A stretch of DNA of 64,000 nucleotides from Clostridiales bacterium (GTDB lineage: Bacteria; Bacillota; Clostridia; Lachnospirales; JAQSXR01), in NCBI GenBank assembly GCA_029256575.1, contig JAQSXR010000015.1, positions 19,614-83,613 on the forward strand, given 5' to 3'. The notes under the pieces are model-generated. The model was not told the DNA's origin. It was given only the letters and a program-made list of their open reading frames with translations, and did not search any database. The position numbers and the translations under genes are program-made. Positions 20,080 to 30,990 of the stretch are shown here, piece after piece; positions within the stretch are counted from its first letter, which is position 1, and each line of letters opens with the position of its first letter.

Positions 20080-20305
20080 ATTTTTACTCCTCCTGTATTA
20101 AGTTAAAATATACTTGCCCTCAGATAATAAATATTTTAACATTTATGTCACTTTTTGTCAATTAATGCAACATTACAAAATATTCCATCTAATAGTTGTA
20201 ACTATTTTCCAGTAGTGAATTAAATGCATTATCTATTTCTATGTATCTTTTCTTCGTATCATCTTATCTATATATGATCTAACTTATCTATCTATCCTAA
20301 ATCCC

Positions 20306-21701
20306 CTATCTCACTACTTCTCTTAATTGTTCAACCAGAATAAACATATCTTGAATTGATTTTGAGAATGTAGTTACTTTATCGAGGATTGCTGTGCTTG
20401 TTTCTAGACTTGCATTTGTAGTAGACGCAACCTCTTCTGAAGAAGCGGATAATTCACTAATACTATCAACAATGTCATTGTTTGCTTTAATAACATTCTG
20501 AATGTCACTAAAAATATCATTTACATAATTTCTTAGTTTATCAATCTCTTCTCTTGTATTAACGAAGCTGTCATTTACGGAACCTACCATTTTATCTTGC
20601 TTCTGTATACTGTTGATTGAGTTATCAAGACTATCTGTTGTTTCCTTGCCTACAGTCTTAACATCATTAATTATCTCTTGCTCTTGCCGCTTCTATCGAA
20701 GCATTCAATGCAAGTAAATTAGTTTGTTTCGAAATATTTAATATTGCATTAGTAATATTAGACATTTCTTCAATTCTTTTCGTAAGGTTGACTACAGAAG
20801 CTGATGTTTTGTTCGTAGAAATATTAACCATATTGGATTGATCCCTTAACTCTTCTACTAATTCAAAAGCATTTTTCACAACTTGTACAATATCAATCGT
20901 AGAAGCCATTACATTTTGCGCGTTGCTGTCTGCTTTAATTATGAACTCTTGTATGTCGTGAGTCATATTCATTTGAAGTTGAGTTGATTCTGCTGTACTT
21001 TCTGTACTCGCCGCTATATTTTCCATAGAGAAATTATTGTTTTCCACTTGTTTCTTGATTGTTGATAATTGTCCATTAATTAAATCAAAACTCTCGCTAA
21101 TCTTGTCTGCAACAATAATAACCTCATCCGTCGTTTTCTGCTGCAATTCAACCTTCTCAAGTACTTCCTTTTGACTTTCTCCAATAAATTTGAGAAGTAA
21201 TCTGGTTCCAATAATTGCTGCAATTCCTGAAATAATAAATATAATTATCTGCATTGAGTATTCAATTTTCATCTCTTGACTAATTATGTCAGCTTTAGAA
21301 GACTCTGTAAATATATGTACTATGTTAATCATAAATGCTGTAGCCGTTCCAATAATAATGAGTCTTACATTAATATATACCATAATTATCATTAAGACTG
21401 GAAATGTAAATGCAAAAATTGATGTATTGCTTAAAAATGTAATAAGTCCATAAGTAATTACCCACATCGTACACATTAATCGCATTGTGAATTCTGTAGT
21501 ACTATACTTAATCATAAAAAATAGATCAATCGCCAATGGAATATATATTGATGCTAATTGTATCCCTAATTTATCCTGTCCCCCAGAATTATTAGCATCG
21601 ATTATAATTCCTAAAGTTAATAGCAAACTTAATATTACCATTGTAAACATTACTACTGTGTTACACCTTTTATACTGATCCTTATTCATTTTCGCCTTCA
21701 T
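20306..21701 (-). pseudogene. Methyl-accepting chemotaxis protein (multi-TM) broken by a deletion in the signalling hairpin
   Basis: [16 protein letters not shown] then a frame change; GxxGRGFAVVADEIRKL is missing; continues EIINDVKTVGKETTDSLDNS...LSASSEEVAS in another frame. Confidence 0.85.
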
Positions 21702-22015
21702 CTGTTTCCTCCTAGCAATGTATTACCATTATGTATTACAATCTATATTTACACAAATATAGCAATAAATCAATATACTTTGTAAATTTTGTAAAAATAC
21801 CTTATATTATGATAGCAATCCTGATTTTTTAATACTAAAAAAGAAATTTTATTGTTCTTAAAATTGATAATACACATACAAATATTATTGATAAATAATC
21901 TTAGCAGCTCTATAAAATATTCGTAATAGCTCTTCAAATATTTGTTTCTTTATTTACAAAACAATTTATTTCTGAATAGCTGTAAAATATTAAAGGCAGC
22001 AAGGAGAAGTATACT

Positions 22016-22501
22016 ATGCCAGAACGATATTGGAAAATGCTTACCAATAAAAAGTATACACTATTGTATATTAACGAGCATTTCAATTGTAGCGTTAAGA
22101 TGCAAAGAAAATTAAATATGTTTTTAGCAGTTGCCACTTCAGGTTCAATAGCCGCCTGGGCAGTTTGGAGTAAGTTCCCCTTATTATGGGCTGGAATTAT
22201 TGCAGTCTCACAAGTTATATCTGTAATAAAACCCTATTTACCTTATGAACGAAGGATTAATGAAATAAATAAACTAAATATACAATTAACCAGTTTATAC
22301 AATGAAATAGAGGCAAAGTGGTATTATTTCGCAAATGGCCTCTTATCCGACGAGGAAATGAATAACGTTTATTATGAATATAATAAACGATGGATCGAAA
22401 ATGAAACGCAATACTTCAGCAATGATAGTTTGCCAGTAAATGAAAGTTTCATTGAAACTGCTAATGAACTATGCGAACTATATTTCGAGGAATATTTTTA
22501 A
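22016..22501 (+). CDS. Two-TM protein resembling SLATT-type effectors
   Basis: RBS AAGGAG; helix-TM-TM-coiled helix layout (FLAVATSGSIAAWAVW / LWAGIIAVSQVISVIKPYLPY). Confidence 0.6.
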   Translation: MPERYWKMLTNKKYTLLYINEHFNCSVKMQRKLNMFLAVATSGSIAAWAVWSKFPLLWAGIIAVSQVISVIKPYLPYERRINEINKLNIQLTSLYNEIEAKWYYFANGLLSDEEMNNVYYEYNKRWIENETQYFSNDSLPVNESFIETANELCELYFEEYF

Positions 22502-22528
22502 CTTATTAAATAGGTAAGGAGTGAGTCT

Positions 22529-22663
22529 ATGATTAATATCTTCAAAAAAAATAACGAATCTAGAATAAAAGAAAGTTCTACTGCAAGAGGGATAAATATA
22601 CCGATTCAACCTACTATTCCAAAGATGCCTGAGACGAAACCACCTAAAGATGCTACTAAATAA
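22529..22663 (+). CDS. 44-aa Pro-rich small peptide (below ORF-track cutoff)
   Basis: RBS AAGGAG-N7-ATG; MINIFKKNNESRIKESSTARGINIPIQPTIPKMPETKPPKDATK; followed by a terminator. Confidence 0.65.
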   Translation: MINIFKKNNESRIKESSTARGINIPIQPTIPKMPETKPPKDATK

Positions 22664-22694
22664 AAACCAAAATATTATCTTAAAAATTAAATTA

Positions 22695-22727
22695 AAGCAT
22701 TACTATTTTATATAGTAATGCTTCTTT
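22695..22727 (+). terminator. Terminator after the 2TM gene and peptide pair
   Basis: aagcattacta-ttttata-tagtaatgcttcttt. Confidence 0.7.
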
Positions 22728-22844
22728 CAAGCTGTCAACATTCTTTTTGTTGATGGTTTTTTTATATTAGTCATGTTATAATACAGATAAATATTTGTCA
22801 GATAATGTAAAGAATCGAAAATTATAAAGGCATGGGAGGTAAAT

Positions 22845-23447
22845 ATGCAAGTAGGAGATAAAATATCATTAGGCAGTTACGATTGGCGAGTGCTTGACAT
22901 ACAAAACAATACGGCTTTGATTATTACCGAATGTATTATCGAACAGCGTGCTTACCATGACGCTTATATAGATATAACATGGGCTGACTGCTCATTAAGA
23001 AAATATCTTAATGGTGAATTTTATAACACATTCACCGCAACTGATAAATCAAGAATAATTCCGGTATTAAATAAAAATCCTGACAATCAGTGGTATGGTT
23101 CAAAGGGCGGGGTAGATACGCAAGACTGTATATTTTTATTAAGCCTTGAGGAAGTGTGCAAATATTTTGGTGATAGCCGATCAAAACTGCAAAACCCAGG
23201 AAAAAATCAAAGATATTGGTTTGAAAGAAAAGATGAAAACAATAGTAAACGATTAGCAAGACTTCAAGATAAAGAATGGTGTTGGTGGTGGTGGCTTCGA
23301 TCGCCCGGCCGCGTTAATGTAAAAGCCGTGTACATCTTCGGGACTGACGGTAATATAGGTATTCAAGGCAACAATATATTGAAAGGCAACCTAAGCGATG
23401 GCAAATGTACAGGCGGCGTTCGTCCTGCTTTATGGCTAAAGCTGTAA
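22845..23447 (+). CDS. DUF6273-like domain protein
   Basis: WRVLD...ALII, TWADCSLRKYLN, IFLLSLEE, WWWLRSPG, GGVRPALW. Confidence 0.75.
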   Translation: MQVGDKISLGSYDWRVLDIQNNTALIITECIIEQRAYHDAYIDITWADCSLRKYLNGEFYNTFTATDKSRIIPVLNKNPDNQWYGSKGGVDTQDCIFLLSLEEVCKYFGDSRSKLQNPGKNQRYWFERKDENNSKRLARLQDKEWCWWWWLRSPGRVNVKAVYIFGTDGNIGIQGNNILKGNLSDGKCTGGVRPALWLKL

Positions 23448-23599
23448 TGTAATTTATTTTCAAATATGACACGTTGTTGTCCAATTTGTCATGTTATAAT
23501 GATGAAAAATTTTAAATATCATTTTCTTTCTTACATATTACACCATAAATATTCAGCACATACATAATTAAAAGGTATGTGCTGTTTTTGTTACCTATA

Positions 23600-24508
23600 T
23601 TAATTCTTCAATACTTTTCTTCTTCCTGATACTGCAACCCCACATACAATTAACACTGCACCTACAACACTTATAATTGAAACTTTTTCATTCAACATAA
23701 TCCCTGCTGCAATCAGTGTAACAAATGGAATCACATAAATATAATTATTTGCAGTTACGATTCCTATTCTCCTACTAACCGTGTTCCATGCAACATAGCA
23801 AATTGCACTTCCCACTATCCCTAAGAATAAAATACTAATAATATACTTTGGTTGTTCTAGTGCAGACAAAGCAAACGGTGCATTCTCAAAAATTGCAAGT
23901 GGTACAGTAGTTAATATGGCATAGAAAGTTGTTTTCCTTGCTAAGTAAACACTATCATATTTCACTAAATAGCGTTTTAGATTTATAGAATATATTGCCC
24001 AACTTAATGCCGCAAGAAATGATAAAAGATCTCCTACTGGACTCAATTTGAGTATAAATGTTCCATTGAATACAACAAAAGCTACTCCAGTAAATGCTAT
24101 TAAAAATCCTAAAATTATATTTAAACTTATTTTCTCATCTTTTGTAAAGAAATGCGCCAATATCGCTGTTAGTATAGGTGCTGAAGCGACTATAATGCTG
24201 ACATTAGAAGCAAATGTATATGTAAGTGCCACATTCTCAGAAATGAAGTAGATTGTACAACCCGTTAATGCTAATAGTAAAAAACCTGCTTCCTCCTTTA
24301 ATCTCAATTTCTCCCTTTTGTGGTTAAGAATTAGCAGTACCACATATGCTATAGTAAACCGCATTATCATAATTTGGATTGGTGTAAATACCTCGAGTAA
24401 AAATTTGCTTGCAATAAATGTTGTTCCCCAAATTACAATCGTAAATAGAGCAATTAAATGTCCTATCGTCTTCTTTGATGTTTCTTTCATGTTTTCTCTC
24501 TTTCTCAT
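23600..24508 (-). CDS. DMT/EamA family transporter
   Basis: IWGTTFIASK; ten TM helices; duplicated EamA pattern. Confidence 0.9.
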   Translation of the reverse strand: MRKRENMKETSKKTIGHLIALFTIVIWGTTFIASKFLLEVFTPIQIMIMRFTIAYVVLLILNHKREKLRLKEEAGFLLLALTGCTIYFISENVALTYTFASNVSIIVASAPILTAILAHFFTKDEKISLNIILGFLIAFTGVAFVVFNGTFILKLSPVGDLLSFLAALSWAIYSINLKRYLVKYDSVYLARKTTFYAILTTVPLAIFENAPFALSALEQPKYIISILFLGIVGSAICYVAWNTVSRRIGIVTANNYIYVIPFVTLIAAGIMLNEKVSIISVVGAVLIVCGVAVSGRRKVLKN

Positions 24509-24663
24509 TGTACTATAACAAGGATGTGTATCGATTCATTTTGAATGCATATACAATATTACTATTCTTTTATAACTTTTACAAGAGATGTATTTATAAC
24601 AAAAAAATAGCTCTACTGCTTAAAACAGTTTTGCTATTTTAAAATATTATACTTTTTTATATA

Positions 24664-24927
24664 TTATGCTTTTTTAAATAAGTTAATTAACCATATCAAT
24701 ACTACTGCTCCAAGGATGGATACAATAAAGCTCCATAGGTTAAGCCCTGTTGCTGGCCCCCAGCCAATTAATCCTACAAGCCATCCTCCAATAAATGCTC
24801 CTAAAATACCAACAATTATATTCGCTCCAATACCCATTTTAGAGTCTTTTCCTGTGAATTTACTAGCAATCCATCCTGATATTCCTCCAAGAATTAACCA
24901 TACGATAATATTACTTATTTCTGGCAT
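24664..24927 (-). CDS. GlsB/YeaQ/YmgE transglycosylase-associated membrane protein
   Basis: WLILGGISGWIAS...NIIVGILGAFIGG...SILGAVVL. Confidence 0.9.
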   Translation of the reverse strand: MPEISNIIVWLILGGISGWIASKFTGKDSKMGIGANIIVGILGAFIGGWLVGLIGWGPATGLNLWSFIVSILGAVVLIWLINLFKKA

Positions 24928-25186
24928 ACGATATCTCCTTAATAAAACTGCAAAAATTAATGTTTACATATTTAAATTATCTCCAAAAGCAGGTTTAATA
25001 TTCTATTATTAGGATACTCGAGAATAAACCATATATTTACATGTGTCTCATATGATACTTAATTGTATAAATACTCTGTATAGTGTAAAATAGGATTTAC
25101 TTTAAATTATGTATATTTATAAATTTTATTATATAATACTCTTTTATATTAGATTAAATTTTGATACTTTTGAAAAGGATGGCAAC

Positions 25187-26080
25187 ATGAATTTACGACA
25201 ATTATATTATTTCAAAAAATCAGCTGAACTTCAACATTTTACAAAAACAGCTTCCGAATTATTCATAAGTCAACCAAGTCTTAGTTATGCAGTCTCTAGT
25301 CTAGAAAATGAATTAGGCACAGCATTATTCCAAAAGCAAGGCAGAAACGTCGTATTAACCAAATCCGGAAAAGAATTTTACCCATATATTGAAACAGCAT
25401 TGCAAAGCATTGAAGCTGGTGTTGCTTTATTAAAGCAACGTTCTGTTTGTAATACCGGTAAAATTGATATTGGAACAGTTCCTGCTTTAGCAGGTGATTT
25501 TGTATCCCAAATAATTCATGATTATATGACAATATCCCCTGATATTTCTTTTAATTTATTGACTAATGATACTAAAAATATTATCCCCGGAATTAAAAGT
25601 GGTATATATGACATTGGGTTTTGTTCTAAAATCGATAACGAGGATGAATTAGAATTTGTTCCAGTCCTTACACAAGAAATAGTTGTAATATCTAAAAATG
25701 ACCATGAATTAGCGAAAAGAAAGAAGTTCGATTTGTCTGCACTCAAAGATTATCCACTTATTACCTATCATGAAAACATACCAATTGGTCAGACCATTCG
25801 TAATATTCTTTATAAAAATAATATAACTCCAAAAATAAAGCATACTTTTGATGATGAAGCATCGATTGCTGGAATGGTTTCTCGAGACTTTGGGATTGCT
25901 ATTGTTGTTAATACCCCTTTATTAAAGCTTTATAATTTTTCTATTATGCCACTTCCTATACCGATACATCCTCGTGTCGTGTACTTAGCGTACCTTAATG
26001 AACGCTCACATACTGAAATAGTGAGTAATTTCATTGATTTTATCTTAAAAAATAATTATATTGATACTTTAAAAATATAG
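25187..26080 (+). CDS. LysR family transcriptional regulator
   Basis: MNLRQLYYF...HFTKTASELFISQPSLSYAVSSLENELG; start taken at the ATG after AAGGA. Confidence 0.93.
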   Translation: MNLRQLYYFKKSAELQHFTKTASELFISQPSLSYAVSSLENELGTALFQKQGRNVVLTKSGKEFYPYIETALQSIEAGVALLKQRSVCNTGKIDIGTVPALAGDFVSQIIHDYMTISPDISFNLLTNDTKNIIPGIKSGIYDIGFCSKIDNEDELEFVPVLTQEIVVISKNDHELAKRKKFDLSALKDYPLITYHENIPIGQTIRNILYKNNITPKIKHTFDDEASIAGMVSRDFGIAIVVNTPLLKLYNFSIMPLPIPIHPRVVYLAYLNERSHTEIVSNFIDFILKNNYIDTLKI

Positions 26081-26116
26081 AGATCCAAATATATTTATCT
26101 GTTAATAACCCCAAAC

Positions 26117-26155
26117 GAGAGGGAGGAAAATAAAATAATTATTTCCCTCCCTCTC
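26117..26155. terminator. Terminator hairpin between convergent genes
   Basis: gagagggagg...cctccctctc. Confidence 0.7.
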
Positions 26156-26209
26156 ATTCACGGAATACACTGAATAAATAGAATTAACTCACTTCTTTTT
26201 AATTTCTAA

Positions 26210-28039
26210 CTAATATTTACCAAACTCTTTATCACTTAATACAATTTGAGGTTTTGATGTCCCATAATCTTCATGATGTTTATTTCCTACTTTACTACTC
26301 CCTCTAGACATTTTCTCAAGCATTCTTAATACTTCTGGATTAAATTCATCATATTTATTAAAATCATTTGCTATTTTCTTTAATTTGAACTTTCCAACTG
26401 TTTGTTTTAATAGATCAGCCTGACTTGATAATTCTTCACTTGCTGCTGCACTTTCTTCTGAGGTTGCTGAGTTTGCTTGTACAACTTGAGAAACTTGCAT
26501 AATCCCTTGATTAATTTGTTCCACACCAACTGCTTGTTCATTAGAGGCTGTCGCAATATCGCCAACAAGTTTTGCAGCTTTTTCAATTCCCGTCACGATT
26601 TTACCTAATGCTTCAGCGGTCTCGCGTGCAATCTTTGTTCCACCTTCCGCTTTACGAATAGAACCTTCGATCATATCTGTTGTCTCTTTTGCCGCATTAG
26701 CTGATCGTGCCGCAAGATTACGTACTTCTTCTGCAACGACTGCAAATCCCTTTCCATGTTGTCCTGCTCTTGCAGCTTCAACAGCAGCATTTAAAGCTAG
26801 TATATTTGTTTGAAATGCGATTTCATCAATTACTTTAATAATCTTAGATATATTTGTAGAGGATTCATTTATCTCCTCCATCGCCTTAAGCATTCCTTGC
26901 ATCTGCTCGTTACCCCTAATTGCATTTTCTTTTGCATTTTCAGCTAAATCATTTGCTTGACTAGAGTTCTTTGCATTCATTTGTATTTGTGAAGAAATTT
27001 CTTCAATTGAGGCAGTAAGTTCTTCGATAGAACTTGCTTGTTCTGTCGCCCCCTCTGAAAGAGTAATACTTGCATCTGATACTTGTTTTGCTCCTACTGC
27101 CACTTGTTCTGATGCATTTGCTATATCTGATAAGAGCTCATTATTATTATTTACCATCTCTGCTAACTTCTTGCCAAGAAGATCAGCCTCTGATCTAACT
27201 TCTACGTCAATCGTAAGATCTCCTGCAGCAATTCTTTCCGCTGCATAAGCTTGTCCTCGAATGTTGTTAATCATTTTCTCAAAAGAAGTTAATAACATTC
27301 CTAATTCGTCTTTTCTATCATTATTAATGTTGACCCCTACATCTCCAACTGCTAACTTATCTGCAGCATCAATTAACACTTTAATTGGAGTACTAATTGT
27401 ACGAGCAACAAATAGGCCAAGAATAATTGACACAATTATTCCTATGATTATTGTAATAACCATCATCGTCACTGATGTATTTGCTAGATCCGTATTACCA
27501 TCTGATCTTTGTTTTGCCTCTAACGCATCATTCGCCATTAAAGCAGAGAAACTATCATTCAAAATATTTTCTAATTCTACTGCTTCTTCAATTATAAGAC
27601 GTCTTGCCTGTTCATACTGATTTGTATTTACTAATTTAATCGCTTCGTCAATATAAGGTTCATACTGTTCCCATTGTGAAGTCAATGTATTATACATCTT
27701 TTGAACATCATCAGATGATATAGTGGTATCATACTTTAATAGTAAATCATCAACGTTTAAGCGATAATCTCCGATTTTCTTTACTGCTGCTTCTCTTTCA
27801 ACTTCTGTTTCTATCGTAACTAACTTCATTGCATTAACTCGAATTCTCTGAAATTCTGTTGAAGCACTTCCAGAATAAGCTAACCCTAATGTATTCTCTG
27901 TATAAAGCAATGTATCTGCATTGTCTATTTCTCTTATATTAACTATTCCCACAACACCAATCACGCCAGCAATTGCAGCAATAATTAAGAACCCCATAAT
28001 TAATCTCACTGATATTTTCATGTTATTAAACCATTTCAT
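26210..28039 (-). CDS. Methyl-accepting chemotaxis protein (4HB sensor, HAMP)
   Basis: IAFQTNILALNAAVEAARAGQHGKGFAVVAEEVRNLA; C-terminal EFGKY pentapeptide-like tail. Confidence 0.95.
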   Translation of the reverse strand: MKWFNNMKISVRLIMGFLIIAAIAGVIGVVGIVNIREIDNADTLLYTENTLGLAYSGSASTEFQRIRVNAMKLVTIETEVEREAAVKKIGDYRLNVDDLLLKYDTTISSDDVQKMYNTLTSQWEQYEPYIDEAIKLVNTNQYEQARRLIIEEAVELENILNDSFSALMANDALEAKQRSDGNTDLANTSVTMMVITIIIGIIVSIILGLFVARTISTPIKVLIDAADKLAVGDVGVNINNDRKDELGMLLTSFEKMINNIRGQAYAAERIAAGDLTIDVEVRSEADLLGKKLAEMVNNNNELLSDIANASEQVAVGAKQVSDASITLSEGATEQASSIEELTASIEEISSQIQMNAKNSSQANDLAENAKENAIRGNEQMQGMLKAMEEINESSTNISKIIKVIDEIAFQTNILALNAAVEAARAGQHGKGFAVVAEEVRNLAARSANAAKETTDMIEGSIRKAEGGTKIARETAEALGKIVTGIEKAAKLVGDIATASNEQAVGVEQINQGIMQVSQVVQANSATSEESAAASEELSSQADLLKQTVGKFKLKKIANDFNKYDEFNPEVLRMLEKMSRGSSKVGNKHHEDYGTSKPQIVLSDKEFGKY

Positions 28040-28082
28040 ATTTACTTCTCCTTTTTATACTAACGATAAATTTTTGTCTACT

Positions 28083-28589
28083 TTATAGTTCTTCAGAAAA
28101 ATTCTCCATATCTTTTTCAGAAAGCAACTCTTCACAATCTAATAAAAGTTTTACTTCATTTCCAACTTTACCAATATTCTTTATGTAATGATTATTATTT
28201 CCGGTATTCATTTGTGGAGGGTCTACTATATCCTGTTCTGGGATTGTAAGTACCTCTGATACACTATCAACGATAAGCCCGATTGAAATATTTAAGATAT
28301 CGACCACAATAACACAAGTCCTGTCATTATATTCTCTTGGTTCTTTTTTAAAACGTACCCTAACATCTATAACTGGAATTATCTTTCCTCTCAAATTGAT
28401 AATGCCTCTCACATATTCAGGAAGTTCTGGTATTTCTGTAATAGATTGTATCCCTATAATCTCAATTACATATTTGATTTCTATCCCGTAACTTTCTTTG
28501 CCCAGGGAGAAAGTCAAATATCTGTCTTTTTGTGTATCTTCTTCTAACTCTACCGTACTTTCAACTACATCCGCCATGATTTTATCCAC
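28083..28589 (-). CDS. cheW: Chemotaxis coupling protein
   Basis: YLTFSLG...GIINLRGKIIPVID...GLIVDSVSEV. Confidence 0.95.
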   Translation of the reverse strand: MDKIMADVVESTVELEEDTQKDRYLTFSLGKESYGIEIKYVIEIIGIQSITEIPELPEYVRGIINLRGKIIPVIDVRVRFKKEPREYNDRTCVIVVDILNISIGLIVDSVSEVLTIPEQDIVDPPQMNTGNNNHYIKNIGKVGNEVKLLLDCEELLSEKDMENFSEEL

Positions 28590-28605
28590 CTTTCTTATAT
28601 TTTGA

Positions 28606-30648
28606 CTACATATTAATCATACCTGCTACATCTAGAATTAAGCTAATGCTTCCATCCCCCAACAAGGTACATCCAGCCAGTCCTCTAATCGTTTTAAATG
28701 TCTGTATGTATTCAGGTAATGCCTTTACCACAACTTGTTGCTGCCCAATCAGTTCATCTGCAAATATACAGATAGTCTTATCGCCATGTTCAATCATGAT
28801 AATAATTCCATTATATAGTTCTGTAATTTGTGTTTTAACTTTATAAACTTCATGGATTCGTAGTATTTTGTAACATTGCCCTCTTACCAAAATCATTTCA
28901 TTTCCATCAGGGTCAGAAATAATATCTTTTTTACTCGGTCTAAATGATTCTTTTATTGAGATGATTGGAATTGTATATCTAGAATTACCTACTTTTATAT
29001 TCATTCCATCAATAATCGCAAGAGTTAGTGGTATTTTCAGTGTTATCTCAGTTCCTTTTCCAGGCATACTATCAACATATACGGTCCCACCAACCGCCTC
29101 GATATTCCTAGCAACCACATCCATCCCAACTCCACGACCAGAAAATTCTGTTACATTGTCATTGGTTGAAAATCCCGGAAGAATGATTAGGTTATATACT
29201 TCTCTATCTGACATATCCTCTTCCCTTTTTATGAGAAGATTTTGTTGACTTGCCTTACTTAATATTTTATCTCTATCGAGCCCACCCCCATCATCACTAA
29301 CGATAATCAATACATCACTTCCAGAATTACGAGCAGTTAAAGTAACTGTCCCAACTTTGGTTTTACCATTTTCTCCTCTTTCTTCTGAGGATTCTATTCC
29401 ATGGTCAATTGAATTTCTAACTAAATGCATAAGGGGATCTGAAATATGTTCAATAATATTCTTATCTACTTCAGTATCTTCCCCTATAATCTTTAATCTG
29501 ACTTCCTTTTCCAACTTCTTACACATATCCCGAACGATTCGATTCATTTTGTTAAAAGTTGTAGAAAGAGGAACCATCCGTATTGACATGACTGTATTCT
29601 GCATTTCCGTTGTAATTTTATTTAACTGTCTCGCTGCCTTCCGAAAGTTATCTAATTCTAGACCCACTAAATCAGGATTTTGTATAACCATTGCTTCTGC
29701 AATAACCATCTCTCCAACTAAATCCATTAGTTGATCTAATTTTGCTACGTTAACGCTGATAATACTTTGAGCAGTTGATCCATTCGTTTTATCTTTTTCT
29801 TCATCTTTGTCTTTATCTTTGTCTTTGTCTTTATTTTTATCTTTGTCTTTTTTTACATTGAGTAAATTATTATTTTTATCTCGTTCACTAATAATGTCTT
29901 CAAATTCTGTAGCCTCACTATCCTCCATCTGTTGCATATACACTACGTCGTTTTCCAGTTGATTTAGCTCCATATCTTTAAGAAATATTGTCTGCATAAA
30001 AAACTCATTTAACTTTGCATATGTATAATCTGACTCAAAATATAACTTGAGACCATCTTTACGGATTATCTCTACACTTTCATCATTATCCATAATATCC
30101 TTTGGTATGCAAGAAATCTTCTTAGCAAATCCGTTTAGATTACGAATAATGGTGTAAGCACGAATATTCTCCATTTCGCATCCTTCTTGAAAGAATATAA
30201 CTGCCTCAAAAACTTTATTCATTGGTTCTGTAATATTGCTTTGCTTTATCATAGATAGATATTCATTGATATTACTAATTATTGAGGATGATGCTCCATC
30301 AACTGTATTTCCGTTTTCGAGCTTTTTCACTTCCACCTTTATAAAATCAACTCCATCTAAAACCAAATCAGAAATAGTAGAAGTATCAATATTATTAGGT
30401 TTTATATCTCGAAGGTAATAAAATAAATCTTCAATTGCATGTGCCAGTAATGATATATCATTTAACATCATCATTGCAGAGGAACCCTTAATCGTATGCA
30501 TTATTCGAAATATCTCATTGATTGAAGTTTCCGTATAAGTACTTATGCTTTCACTATTTAATATAGCCTGTTCAAGTTGTTCTAACAGTTGTGTTGTTTC
30601 AAATATAAACATATCCATTAATGGTTCATGTATGTGTTGTTCTGACAT
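28606..30648 (-). CDS. cheA: Chemotaxis histidine kinase
   Basis: IFRIMHTIKGSS (Hpt), DPLMHLVRNSIDHGIE, SGRGVGMDVV, C-terminal CheW domain; KD-repeat linker. Confidence 0.95.
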   Translation of the reverse strand: MSEQHIHEPLMDMFIFETTQLLEQLEQAILNSESISTYTETSINEIFRIMHTIKGSSAMMMLNDISLLAHAIEDLFYYLRDIKPNNIDTSTISDLVLDGVDFIKVEVKKLENGNTVDGASSSIISNINEYLSMIKQSNITEPMNKVFEAVIFFQEGCEMENIRAYTIIRNLNGFAKKISCIPKDIMDNDESVEIIRKDGLKLYFESDYTYAKLNEFFMQTIFLKDMELNQLENDVVYMQQMEDSEATEFEDIISERDKNNNLLNVKKDKDKNKDKDKDKDKDEEKDKTNGSTAQSIISVNVAKLDQLMDLVGEMVIAEAMVIQNPDLVGLELDNFRKAARQLNKITTEMQNTVMSIRMVPLSTTFNKMNRIVRDMCKKLEKEVRLKIIGEDTEVDKNIIEHISDPLMHLVRNSIDHGIESSEERGENGKTKVGTVTLTARNSGSDVLIIVSDDGGGLDRDKILSKASQQNLLIKREEDMSDREVYNLIILPGFSTNDNVTEFSGRGVGMDVVARNIEAVGGTVYVDSMPGKGTEITLKIPLTLAIIDGMNIKVGNSRYTIPIISIKESFRPSKKDIISDPDGNEMILVRGQCYKILRIHEVYKVKTQITELYNGIIIMIEHGDKTICIFADELIGQQQVVVKALPEYIQTFKTIRGLAGCTLLGDGSISLILDVAGMINM

Positions 30649-30990
30649 ATTACACCCCCTATTCATTTTTAGTACTTTTCACGTTTATTTTACTTTTTTA
30701 ATTATAAGTTTTAGTAAAAACAATAACCAATACTATTTTATGACATAATTCATAGTTTCTTTTTATAGGTTATACATAATTGATATACATTTATATAAAT
30801 AAATAGGACATCCTACAATATCTGCGTTGCCAATTTATCCCACCTATGCTATCCTTAATTTTTGGAGCAAGAATAAATCGAACTCCATTACGAAGGAATA
30901 TTGCTTGCACTTTTGACATAAGCTTTAATAATGTTATGAAAGTTGTGAGGTATCTTGATGACGTATTTACAACCAGAAAGTAGGGATAAA

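Noticed and set aside
29790-29850. KD hexanucleotide repeat in cheA
   Set aside because: It is an in-frame low-complexity linker between CheA domains, which is common and variable.
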